Of a DNA stretch of 64,000 bases, positions 1-8,965 are shown in pieces. The DNA comes from Microcoleus sp. (lineage in GTDB: Bacteria > Cyanobacteriota > Cyanobacteriia > Cyanobacteriales > Microcoleaceae): assembly GCA_042408215.1 (NCBI GenBank), contig JAYFMW010000029.1, positions 96,866 to 160,865 on the forward strand. Reading direction: 5' to 3'. The first letter of the stretch is position 1. Every line of letters starts with the position of its first letter. Position numbers and translations under genes: made by a program. A model generated the notes under the pieces. That model did no database searches and was not told the DNA's origin. It was given only the letters and a program-made list of their open reading frames with translations.

Positions 1-268
1 AAGATAGATTTCTCTAATTTTCTCAGTAAAGTGAGACAAAGGCGGATACAATGGGAGAGTAAGCCGGAGTGTTTTCTGCGGGAGGGGCCGATCGCCCTCC
101 TCATGCAGGGTCTCGCTTCCCCACGGCGCGAGGAGGGCGATCGCAAACCTCCTGTTCTACCAGCAAAATCTTATATAAAACGATGTTTTGTAGTAATCTA
201 ATAGCTGGTAAAAGTATAGTCATTTATTACAGTGCCATGGGAGGCGTTGAGTCCCTCCCCTTTCGCTT

Positions 269-1498
269 TCACTTCGAGCGGATTAACCCTTCTAAAGCTG
301 AACTACGCAGCTCTCTATCAAGAGTGCTAAACGCCTTTGGGATTGCTTTTCTCAGAATGTTGTAAGAGCCGTTAACATCGGAATTAATTAATTGACCGAC
401 CGATGTCTTGTACAATCCTCTCTTGATTCGCTTACCACTAAATACGACACCATCAGCGCCAATATGCCCGTACACAGGAATCGGATCTAGATTCAGGAAG
501 TTCGACTTCGAGGTGTAAGATTCTTCTTGCACGATCACCTTAATCCCAACTAATCGAGCTTTGTATTCCAACATTTCAATCAGTCGAGCATGAGGAATAC
601 TGATAAAGTTTTGATTGGTTGGCTTTCCTAAGTCAATCTCGCTTTTCCATTGTGCATTCTTACCAATTACTAACATCCCAATTTGTTGGGCGACAAAAAT
701 ATCGACTATTAGCCGACTGGCATGATGCAAGTAATTATCTACTTTTTGGTTGCGACAGCGAGTTAAACGTTGAATGCGGGGTGAACTCTTGCGACTTCCT
801 TTTAACTGAGATTGTAACTGTGCTTTACGTTTGTTGTAGAACTGATTAATTGATTTCAATGGTCGCCCGTTAATCAGCAGAGGGGTAAAACCCGGCTGAT
901 TTGAAGTTAACGCCACCAAATTATTCAGTCCTAAATCAATACTAGCTATAAATTTATCGTCGCTAAGGGTGGACTCCGGCTCATTATAAATTACCTCGAT
1001 TACATAATAATCGCATTTTGGAACCAGTCTAACTTGGCAAATTCGCTCCGGTTTTACTTGGGTTTTGATTGAAATTTCTGTACCCGAAAGCTTGATAATT
1101 CCTTTCTTCAATTGCTTGCTACTAATCGCCTGAATCGTATAGACAAGAATATTTCGACCCTTGACTTTATCTTTATATTTCGGTAGTTTCGGGCGACCTG
1201 TAAATTTAGAGGAATCAACTTTGTAAGCTTTGACTGCTTCAAAAAACGATTGCCAATTCTTGTCCAATATCATCAAAATTTGTTGACTGACCTTAGCAGG
1301 CAAAGCCTTGTATGTTTGATGAAACTTCATTAAACGGTTCATTTCGTTGTAATTGATGTAACCCCATCCATAGACAAAACTCTGACGAATGACGTAATTA
1401 GCGGCATTGTAGAGATTCTTGGATTCAAAAGCTAATCCATCAATCAATGCGAAACGGTGTTCCGTAGATTTAATGATGTGCCTCTCTGTTAGTTGCAT
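269..1498 (-). CDS. tnpB: RNA-guided endonuclease TnpB (IS200/IS605/IS607 OrfB family), solo, no tnpA nearby
   Basis: 409 aa; N-terminal LYNAANY; RuvC-I SIDLGLNN, alternative Glu in QEESYTS, RuvC-III NSDVNGSYNI; no Cys zinc finger. Confidence 0.9.
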   Translation of the reverse strand: MQLTERHIIKSTEHRFALIDGLAFESKNLYNAANYVIRQSFVYGWGYINYNEMNRLMKFHQTYKALPAKVSQQILMILDKNWQSFFEAVKAYKVDSSKFTGRPKLPKYKDKVKGRNILVYTIQAISSKQLKKGIIKLSGTEISIKTQVKPERICQVRLVPKCDYYVIEVIYNEPESTLSDDKFIASIDLGLNNLVALTSNQPGFTPLLINGRPLKSINQFYNKRKAQLQSQLKGSRKSSPRIQRLTRCRNQKVDNYLHHASRLIVDIFVAQQIGMLVIGKNAQWKSEIDLGKPTNQNFISIPHARLIEMLEYKARLVGIKVIVQEESYTSKSNFLNLDPIPVYGHIGADGVVFSGKRIKRGLYKTSVGQLINSDVNGSYNILRKAIPKAFSTLDRELRSSALEGLIRSK

Positions 1499-1613
1499 TG
1501 AGACTTTCCATTTTTTAACGAGTGCAACAATTTTTTCATTTAACTCTCCTGACTATATGATACTACCATTGTTTATTGATGCTTACAATCTTAATGAAGT
1601 TTTATGATACAAT

Positions 1614-1682
1614 AGACATCGCAAGAATTGCAAGCTTTGAACAGGCAAGATGCCTGTTCCACAATAAATATGGTCGATGTCT
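1614..1682. mobile_element. 69-bp miniature inverted-repeat element, copy A
   Basis: AGACATC...GATGTCT ends, AAT target duplication (1611-1613/1683-1685), central ACAGGCAAGATGCCTGT hairpin; same length and 3' part as the copy at 6626-6694. Confidence 0.8.
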
Positions 1683-1683
1683 A

Positions 1684-3705
1684 ATGATTCCCCAAAACTT
1701 TTTAAGAAATCTAGCCACCAATTTAGGTATTTCCGACAACGAATTTGAGGCACTCTCCAGGGCGATTCAAGGCGAACCGATGGATGCGATCGCACAAGAA
1801 CTCGGTGTCAGCAAAGAAGCGCTTCAGAAAAGACTCGGTGAGGTTTACAAAAAATTTCAGATTATGGGCCGAGGGCCCGGAAAGCTGGCTAGATTACAAC
1901 AAATCCTCATTTCGCAGTATCAACAGCAAGTCGCTAATTTTACTAATAGTACAGCCAGCGATGGGATTTCTGTTAAAAATGACACGGCACACTCTAGCGT
2001 CAGTGCTGACACTACCCCGCCCCTGAGCGAAGTTATTTCTTCACAGACAGCGGCGAAAACACACCCCCGTATCGATTGGGGTGAAGCGCCCGATGTCCCT
2101 ATTTTCTACGATCGCAGTGCTGAACTTGCCACTTTAAAGCAATGGATAGTCAACGATGGTTGTCGATTAGTTGCACTACTGGGAATGGGAGGAATTGGCA
2201 AAACCGCATTGGCTGTCACCGCAGTACAACAAATTCAGGGTGAGTTTGATTATTGCATTTGGCGATCGCTCAAAGAACGCCCGCCCATGTCAAATATCTT
2301 ATTCGATTTAATTCAATCCTTGTCTCCCCAGCCAGAAACCCACTTACCAGAGAATACGGAAAAGAGAATCTCTTTATTGCTCAAATACCTACGTTCCTCA
2401 CGGTGTTTGTTAGTATTGGATGAACTCGATCGCATCCTCCTTCAGGGCGATCGCTATCAACCAGGATACGAAAATTATGCAGACTTATTCCAGCGAATAG
2501 TAACATCACGCCATCAAAGTTGCTTGCTACTCACCAGTTGGCATCAACCCCTAGAACTTAATTCGCTTGTAGAACACCGTTCACATATTAAAGTATTACA
2601 ACTAAATGGCTTAGACGAGCAAAGCGCCCAAAAAATTATCTATTCAGCCAAAAGGTTTTCTAGCAGTACCGAAAACAAGTCATTTTCCGAAATGAGCCAA
2701 TTATATAGTGGCAATCCCTTACTTTTAAACACAGTCACCGCTAACTTTGCTGACTTATTTTCAGGGAATCTCACCCAATTTATCCAGCAGACCACCTTAG
2801 TTATACAGCAGATTCTGCGAGATTTTTTGCAAAAATCCAGCGCCGATTTATCAGATACAGAAATTTACCTGCTCTGTTGCTTAGCCTTGAGAACTAAACC
2901 AGTCAGCACCAATGATTTGAAATCAAATCTAGCCGTTGCTGGAGAAATATCTGACTTGCAATCGGTTTTAGAATCGCTCATCAAACAAGCACTTTTAGTG
3001 AAAATTATTGAAGCCGGAGCAGCTACTTTTACCCTGAATCCAGAAATAAAAAAACACATAATTCATCAATTGATTGCCAAATACCTCAATCAACTGGGTC
3101 ATAAAAAGTATTTATCAGGAGAGTTCCAAACTGCCAAAGCTTACTTAACCCAAGCCATCAGATTTAATCCTGACTTAGCCGCATCTCACTATAACTTAGG
3201 AGCTACTTACGAACAGTTGCAAGATTTATCTGCGGCACGAAGCCACTATCAAATCGCCGCCGGATTTAACAACCGAGGGGCTTATGCAGCTATTAGTAAT
3301 TTAGCACGTTTGGAAATTATATCGGGAAATGTGGAGGCAGCAATTAACCCGATCTTGCCGATTTTAGAGAAAGTCAAAGACCATCTGGTTCTAGCGGCTT
3401 TGCACAAAAACCTGGGGTGGGCTTACTTCCTGGAAAATCGCTATAACGATGCTGAGTTACAGCTTTTAAAATCCATCGAACTCAATCATCTTCACCCACC
3501 GACTTATTATATTTTGGCACAAGTGAAAGAGGCTCAAGGCAAGATCCAAGAAGCATTAGTTGATTACGATCGTTTTTTGAAGTGCGATCGCGGCGATCGC
3601 AAACCTCAAGGAACGCATTGGAGACTGCCAGAATTAGATGTTTGGAAAATCACAGCACGCCAGCGCTTGAATTATCCCCATAATTCGCAGTTACCCCCTC
3701 TATGA
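1684..3705 (+). CDS. HTH + NB-ARC (STAND) ATPase + TPR protein (NLR-like)
   Basis: N-terminal HTH-like MDAIAQELGVSKEALQKRL; DWGEAPDV, Walker A GMGGIGKT, Walker B LLVLDE, GNPL; C-terminal TPRs. Start at 1684 preferred; ORF is open from 1576. Confidence 0.85.
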   Translation: MIPQNFLRNLATNLGISDNEFEALSRAIQGEPMDAIAQELGVSKEALQKRLGEVYKKFQIMGRGPGKLARLQQILISQYQQQVANFTNSTASDGISVKNDTAHSSVSADTTPPLSEVISSQTAAKTHPRIDWGEAPDVPIFYDRSAELATLKQWIVNDGCRLVALLGMGGIGKTALAVTAVQQIQGEFDYCIWRSLKERPPMSNILFDLIQSLSPQPETHLPENTEKRISLLLKYLRSSRCLLVLDELDRILLQGDRYQPGYENYADLFQRIVTSRHQSCLLLTSWHQPLELNSLVEHRSHIKVLQLNGLDEQSAQKIIYSAKRFSSSTENKSFSEMSQLYSGNPLLLNTVTANFADLFSGNLTQFIQQTTLVIQQILRDFLQKSSADLSDTEIYLLCCLALRTKPVSTNDLKSNLAVAGEISDLQSVLESLIKQALLVKIIEAGAATFTLNPEIKKHIIHQLIAKYLNQLGHKKYLSGEFQTAKAYLTQAIRFNPDLAASHYNLGATYEQLQDLSAARSHYQIAAGFNNRGAYAAISNLARLEIISGNVEAAINPILPILEKVKDHLVLAALHKNLGWAYFLENRYNDAELQLLKSIELNHLHPPTYYILAQVKEAQGKIQEALVDYDRFLKCDRGDRKPQGTHWRLPELDVWKITARQRLNYPHNSQLPPL

Positions 3706-3813
3706 TTCGGCGGTTGAAACCGCTACTACACAAACGAAGTCCGCCTCCGCGGACTAAGAAATAAACGGGGTTTTTAACCCGGATTTGGTATAAATCCTAA
3801 GATTTAGAGATGA

Positions 3814-3930
3814 CTAGCGAAGGTTAGGTGGAACAATAGGATCGTCATCTTCATCCTCACCTTTTTTGGTTTGAGGCTGAAAAATCTCTCCTAGCGAGGG
3901 ATAGGATATGAGTCGATCAAATGCTGTCAT
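3814..3930 (-). CDS. possible 38-aa acidic peptide (MTAFDRLISYPSLGEIFQPQTKKGEDEDDDPIVPPNLR)
   Basis: 3' part of ORF 3814..4134, whose 5' part is repeat-derived; same strand as the upstream CHAT gene. Confidence 0.3.
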   Translation of the reverse strand: MTAFDRLISYPSLGEIFQPQTKKGEDEDDDPIVPPNLR

Positions 3931-4094
3931 TGCTCGTTTCTCCGTTAAGGTGGATCGGGAATTTTGGGAGAAGCGAGTTGGCCAACTGCGCTTTTCTATT
4001 AACCAGGGCCAAGTCGAAAAATTATGCAGGTTTTTGGGGGAAAATGAAAAAATTTTTGGTGAGAAAGCCGGTTTCTCACCAAAATAGTGCGTTA

Positions 4095-4344
4095 TATCAA
4101 ATCCGTTAGCATCGGAATGATATAAGGAGGACACGGCAATGCCGTGTCCCTACAATTGATGGCGGTAGGGAAACGGCACTGCCGTGTCCTCTACAATTGA
4201 TGGCGGTAGGGAAACGGCACTGCCGTGTCCTCTACAATTGATCGCGGTAGGGAAACGGCACTGCCGTGTCCTCTACAATTGATCGCGGTAGGGAAACGGC
4301 ACTGCCGTGTCCTCTATATCATTCCGGCGCAGCCGGAATTGATA
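4095..4344. mobile_element. MITE with TATCAAATCCG-type TIRs carrying tandem REP-like units (GTAGGGAAACGGCACTGCCGTGTCC)
   Basis: imperfect ~30-bp TIRs, TTA duplication (4092-4094/4345-4347), four ~40-bp internal REP units. Confidence 0.75.
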
Positions 4345-4406
4345 TTACAGCCCGCCGAAATGGTAAAAAACCCGGTTTCTTCCTAGACGCAGGGGTGGTC
4401 AGAAAC

Positions 4407-4567
4407 CAATACGGTTCAGATAAGACCGATCCCCCCTAGCCAAGAGGGCGGGCACGGGGGCACCGCCCCTACAAAGGGGGGAACAAGAAGTTGCTGCGAA
4501 GTCCCCCTTCTTAAGGGGGATTTAGGGGGATCTCCGGGGAATTAACAGTGTTAACCCAAGCGTATTG
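4407..4567. mobile_element. 161-bp MITE with CAATACG TIRs and 10-bp target duplication (Nezha/IS4-like)
   Basis: CAATACG...CGTATTG ends; GGTCAGAAAC at 4397-4406 and 4568-4577. Confidence 0.75.
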
Positions 4568-4611
4568 GGTCAGAAACCGGGTTTTTCACGAACAGTCCAG
4601 GAATGCTTGAG

Positions 4612-7600
4612 TTACCGCAAGCCGGAACAGGTGAAAGCGGCCCAGTCGGAGGGGTGAGAGAAGGGAAGAGGTTTCTCGATCGCACTTTTGAATTGGTTCT
4701 TGGTGCTCCGAAGACGTTCTGCTACCTTTGTGTGTTGCTTGTATTGGTCATACCAGTTGATATAAGTTTCACTTCCTTTGACTTCGCGATCGCGAGACTC
4801 TTTAGCTGCTTTTTTTGCTTTTTCGGCGGCCCTAAATTTACTCTCAAGTAATGGTATTAGCTGCTGCTGGTATTCACTGAGTGCTTGACCGCTGAGCGAT
4901 CGCAACTTATCTTGGGCTTGTTGCAGAGAGACAATGCGACTTTTTCCTTGCTGTCGGTATTGGTGGTAAAAAATAGAAAATAGTGCGGTTGCTAAATCGT
5001 CAACAGCCCAAAGAGTAGCGATAACACTTCTCGCACCAGCACATAAGAAACCAGTGGAAAGAGTCAGAACATCATCTGTTATTTGAGTTACACCAAGATT
5101 TGTTTCACAACAAGAAAGGAAAACATCCTCCAAGTTAGGAAACCTCCAGGCCGGAGTTAGTAATTGCCCTAAAGTAATTGTTCCATCACCTAACAATAGC
5201 TTTGATTCTAAAGGATTATCTAAGCGAGATTGGGCATGATGACTAGAATGAAGACCGGAAACTTGCTCTACCAAGCGCCGATAATTACTAACAGTTGCTT
5301 GAGAGCGACCGCGCAGCCGTCGTTCTTCTGGAATGCTATATATTTGAGCGAGTTGAGAACATTCAAAACTCACACAAGGTAGGTCTTCAGTTGCATCTTC
5401 CACCGTTCCGTACCTCATTTGAACTTTGGTTTGAGGGCGTTTATGACAAAATTCTAAAACTTGGCAACTGGGAGCATAGCGTAGGAGAAATCTATCTCCG
5501 AGGTATTGGTCATTATCAATAGGTAAAGCGCTAAAGGGAATTGAATGTAGGTAAAGATGAGGTACTACAATCAGTTCTTCAATACCGCTGAGGTGGTGTT
5601 CAATTAGTTGTTTCAGATCGAGAGAATTTGCTAATTGAGATAGAGTCGATCGCAGAGAGTTTTGCCATTCCGCTTTATTCTGCACGTAGGGAAGTAACCA
5701 GCGCTCAAAAATCCAAGTTTGCAACCCTTTGTCTTGCTCTAAACAAGTATGACAAGTAATTCGATCGCGTTTGATGACAAAGATGTGAGTATTTTGGTAA
5801 GTTGTGTAAAAACTCAGGATGGCTGTTGTTTGATGCTCGATCAATTGCTGAATATGAGCTAAATTAGGGGCTGCGACTTTCATTTCTCCGGCCAATACGG
5901 GATCTAAGCGCCTGAGTTGTTCCCAAACTTGTTGTTTCTGAGCTTCTAATTGAGCGATCGATTCATTAATAGCAGCCAGAGCCGCACGGGAACGGACGCT
6001 GAGTTTCACAGTTTTGAATTCTTGCTCAATCTTAGATAGCTGAGGATAGCGGTAAGAGTCTATTTGTTGTTGCAAACTGTCATACTGCTGCAAATATGTT
6101 TGAATTTCGGGAGAAATTGATTCACCTTGATAAAGGTCATTGCTTGCGATTAAATCTACGAGGCGTTGGGAGCGCGATCGCTCTACATATTCAATGGCTT
6201 TATCTAACTGTTTATTGTTGACGCAAGCCTGTATTGTATTAGCGTATACCCGAAAAGACGATTCTAAAATTTCCTGCCGCCGCTGTTCGCTACTGCTCCA
6301 AGAACGGCTAGTTTCTACTGCTTCAATAGCTTGATTGTAACTTTCAATAGCTTTATCCCACTTTTGAGTTGTAAAAGCAATATTTCCGAGGCTTCTTCCT
6401 ACTCGCAAACAATCGCGGGGAAAGGCTGCGGGAGTGTAAATTTCCAAAGCTAAATTAAAATGAGCAATAGCTTTTTCAGTTTCTCCTAGCTTTTCATAAG
6501 CCGCTCCCAAATTGGTCACAGTCATGGCCCAATCTTCCGGTAAGGCTTCGCGAGTATTTACTTGTAAAGCTTTTTGATAGCAATCGATGGCTATTTTCAA
6601 GTTTTCTTCCCGCACTCCCTTGACTAGACATCTCCTAAAAAGCTTGTCAATAACAGGCAGGATGCCTGTTCCACAATAATTATGGGAGATGTCTACTCGA
6701 TGTGCATAAGCATTTCCCAAATTTACTTGTGCGTTAGCCCAATAATAAGGGTCTAATTCTTGACTGTAGACTTGCAAAGTTGCTTCACAAGAGCGAATAG
6801 CTTGCTCTAAGTTCTCGGCTCGATCTCCCGCAGTTATTTGCAGATAAGCATGGCTCAAATTTTGTTGGATTTTAGCCCAATTTAAAGGATGTGCTTCACG
6901 GGTGTAGACTAATAATGCTGCTTGATAGCACTGAATTCCCAGTTCTATATTGGTGGCTGTATCGCCCAGAATTCTGTTACAATAAGCATTGCCTAAATTC
7001 ATTTGTGTATCTGCCCAAGACTGAGGTGTTCCCTCACGAGAATAAACTTGCAATGCACCTTGGTAGCAAGTAATTGCTTGCTCAATATTTTCTGCTCGAT
7101 CGCCCCGAATTCTGTCAAGATAAGTATTTGCCAGATTATTTTGAGTTTGCGCCCACAGTTGAGGCAATGCTTGATGAGTCCGAACTTGTAAAACAGCTTG
7201 GTAGTGTTGAATTGCCTGTTCCAAATTGTCCGCACGATCGCCTATAATGCGTCTTAGGTAAGCACTACCTAAATTATCTTGAGTTTGGGCCCAGTCGATC
7301 GGTAATGCTGAAACAGTCCTGATTTCTAAAGCTGCTTTGTAGCAGTGAATCGCTTGCTCTAAATTGTCAGCTTTCTCTCCCTTAATTCGTTGACTGTAAG
7401 CAACACCTAAATTGTTGTGAATACCCGCCCATAGCGACGGAGATTCCTGTTTGGTTAAAACTTGTAGAGATGCTTCATAGCAAGTAATAGCTAACTCTAT
7501 GTTGTGAGCCTGTTTACCCTGAATTCTCCGAAAGTAAGCAGCCCCTAAATTCACTTGAGTATTGGCCCATTTATAGGGGAAAGCTTCGCGGGTATTTAGT

Positions 7601-8199
7601 TGTAAAATAGATTGTAAAATAGCAATCGATTGTTCTAGATTGTCTGCGGGTTCTCCCAGGCTTCGCTCTTGATAGGCGATCGCTAAATTACCAGATACTC
7701 TCGCCCACTGTTCGGGAAAAGCCTCATAAGTAAAGATTTGCAGTGCTGCTCGATAACATTGAATTGCTTGCTCTATGTTGTCAGAGACATTGCCGTAAAT
7801 TCGCTCTTTATAAGCAAGACCCAGATTATTTTGTAGGTGCGCCCGCATTAGCTGATTTTCAGGCTGGCTTAAAATTGGTAAGGCTGCTTCGTAACCGGCG
7901 ATCGCAATTTCTAAATTATTCGCCTTGGAGCCTTGAGGGAATTTTTGAATTGCTTCGGATATTAGAGGAAGAATTGCTGCTAATGTTAAACACTGTTGAA
8001 ATTCATATTCCTCATAAAACTGATTGACTTTAATTCGCAAATAGAGAGCAAATTCTTCATTTAATAGCTCTATATTTTCTAGAAATAAGGGGTAAAACAG
8101 CTTATCATTTCCTTCACTTTTTGCCGCTACCAGCAGCAACTTCATTAGAAAATCGAAATAAGCTTGTTGTCGCTGTTCATCATTTTTTTTAGCGCTCAT
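4612..8199 (-). CDS. TPR-repeat CHAT (caspase-HetF) protease
   Basis: 1195 aa; many 47-aa TPR-like repeats (WAxTQNNLGxAY); CHAT motifs IVVPHLYLH, LHSSHHA (His), FLSCCET (Cys), ATLWAVDD, HPSDWAAF. Confidence 0.92.
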   Translation of the reverse strand: MSAKKNDEQRQQAYFDFLMKLLLVAAKSEGNDKLFYPLFLENIELLNEEFALYLRIKVNQFYEEYEFQQCLTLAAILPLISEAIQKFPQGSKANNLEIAIAGYEAALPILSQPENQLMRAHLQNNLGLAYKERIYGNVSDNIEQAIQCYRAALQIFTYEAFPEQWARVSGNLAIAYQERSLGEPADNLEQSIAILQSILQLNTREAFPYKWANTQVNLGAAYFRRIQGKQAHNIELAITCYEASLQVLTKQESPSLWAGIHNNLGVAYSQRIKGEKADNLEQAIHCYKAALEIRTVSALPIDWAQTQDNLGSAYLRRIIGDRADNLEQAIQHYQAVLQVRTHQALPQLWAQTQNNLANTYLDRIRGDRAENIEQAITCYQGALQVYSREGTPQSWADTQMNLGNAYCNRILGDTATNIELGIQCYQAALLVYTREAHPLNWAKIQQNLSHAYLQITAGDRAENLEQAIRSCEATLQVYSQELDPYYWANAQVNLGNAYAHRVDISHNYCGTGILPVIDKLFRRCLVKGVREENLKIAIDCYQKALQVNTREALPEDWAMTVTNLGAAYEKLGETEKAIAHFNLALEIYTPAAFPRDCLRVGRSLGNIAFTTQKWDKAIESYNQAIEAVETSRSWSSSEQRRQEILESSFRVYANTIQACVNNKQLDKAIEYVERSRSQRLVDLIASNDLYQGESISPEIQTYLQQYDSLQQQIDSYRYPQLSKIEQEFKTVKLSVRSRAALAAINESIAQLEAQKQQVWEQLRRLDPVLAGEMKVAAPNLAHIQQLIEHQTTAILSFYTTYQNTHIFVIKRDRITCHTCLEQDKGLQTWIFERWLLPYVQNKAEWQNSLRSTLSQLANSLDLKQLIEHHLSGIEELIVVPHLYLHSIPFSALPIDNDQYLGDRFLLRYAPSCQVLEFCHKRPQTKVQMRYGTVEDATEDLPCVSFECSQLAQIYSIPEERRLRGRSQATVSNYRRLVEQVSGLHSSHHAQSRLDNPLESKLLLGDGTITLGQLLTPAWRFPNLEDVFLSCCETNLGVTQITDDVLTLSTGFLCAGARSVIATLWAVDDLATALFSIFYHQYRQQGKSRIVSLQQAQDKLRSLSGQALSEYQQQLIPLLESKFRAAEKAKKAAKESRDREVKGSETYINWYDQYKQHTKVAERLRSTKNQFKSAIEKPLPFSHPSDWAAFTCSGLR
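6626..6694. mobile_element. 69-bp MITE, copy B, inserted in frame in the CHAT gene
   Basis: AGACATCTCC/GGAGATGTCT TIR, ACT duplication (6623-6625/6695-6697); adds 24 codons (DISHNYCGTGILPVIDKLFRRCLV). Confidence 0.85.
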
Positions 8200-8251
8200 C
8201 GCCGATCGCCTCTATTTCAAATTGCCTGCTTTCTAGTATTCTCAATTAACC

Positions 8252-8391
8252 TGTAGGGGCGGGTTCGCCAACCATCTCAAAGCTTGCAGATAAGTTAAAT
8301 AAACCCGCCCTCCCCCACTTGTAATATCTCGATCGGGGCGGGTTTATGAGATTTATTATTTGTATTTGAGACTGTTGGCGAACCCGCCCCT
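8252..8391. repeat. REP-like cluster (GTAGGGGCGGGTT / AACCCGCCCCT); left half of the IS110 target
   Basis: inverted pairs; related copies at 10021-10085 and 63942-64000. Confidence 0.75.
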
Positions 8392-8440
8392 TGTATCTTA
8401 AAAGAGTGAGTCAGTCGATCGCCACGTCATTGATTCGATC

Positions 8441-8680
8441 ATACCGACAATCAGGCGATCGTACCGACAATCAGGCGATCGAGCCGACAATCAGGCGATC
8501 GAGCCGACAATCAGGCGATCGAGCCGACAATCAGGCGATCGTACCGACAATCAGGCGATCGAGCCGACAATCAGGCGATCGAGCCGACAATCAGTCGATC
8601 AAGCCGACAATCAGTCGATCAAGCCGACAATCAGTCGATCAAGCCGACAATCAGTCGATCAAGCCGACAATCAGTCGATC
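8441..8680. repeat. 12 x 20-bp tandem array (g/a-AGCCGACAATCAG-g/t-CGATC) inside the IS110 left end
   Basis: exact 20-bp period, no spacers. Confidence 0.95.
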
Positions 8681-8729
8681 GTACCTTCTTCTTGGTAAAT
8701 CTAAAGAAACAACAAAAGTTTCTAACTAA

Positions 8730-8932
8730 GGTGCGAGTTTCAGTAGAAAGTGTTCTTTAAGGACATCAGAAATCGGTGAAGTTGGCCCGCCCCTTAGACT
8801 AAACAAGTCTGTTGTGTAGATAAGCTCCCATTACTGATGACAGGCGCACATAAAACTGGACAGTATCTTAGGCTCTCGACATCGTTGGGAAAGCCTGCAT
8901 TAACAAGGTTAGTCTTCAATTGCCTGTCGGTT
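8730..8932 (+). ncRNA. IS110 bridge RNA
   Basis: target guides CCCGCCCCT (8786-8794) and TGTAG (8815-8819); donor guides ACAGTATCT (8860-8868) and ACAAG (8903-8907); each pair flanks an internal hairpin; closing stem GACAGGC/GCCTGTC; boundaries approximate. Confidence 0.85.
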
Positions 8933-8965
8933 CTTTCATAAATCGGAGTAGATCAGGAGCAAACA

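Noticed and set aside
3931..4134. N-terminal part of the 106-aa ORF 3814..4134
   Set aside because: It starts inside a MITE and crosses an AGAAACCGG-type repeat; not credible coding sequence.
8391..8729. 112-aa ORF, or a CRISPR array, at the 20-bp repeats
   Set aside because: The ORF is a translation of the tandem repeat; there are no unique spacers and no cas genes.
8786..8800. CCCGCCCCT at 8786 as the IS110 left junction
   Set aside because: It sits in the bridge-RNA target loop. The junction at 8390-8392 gives donor CTTGT, which matches the ACAAG guide, and continues the flanking REP.
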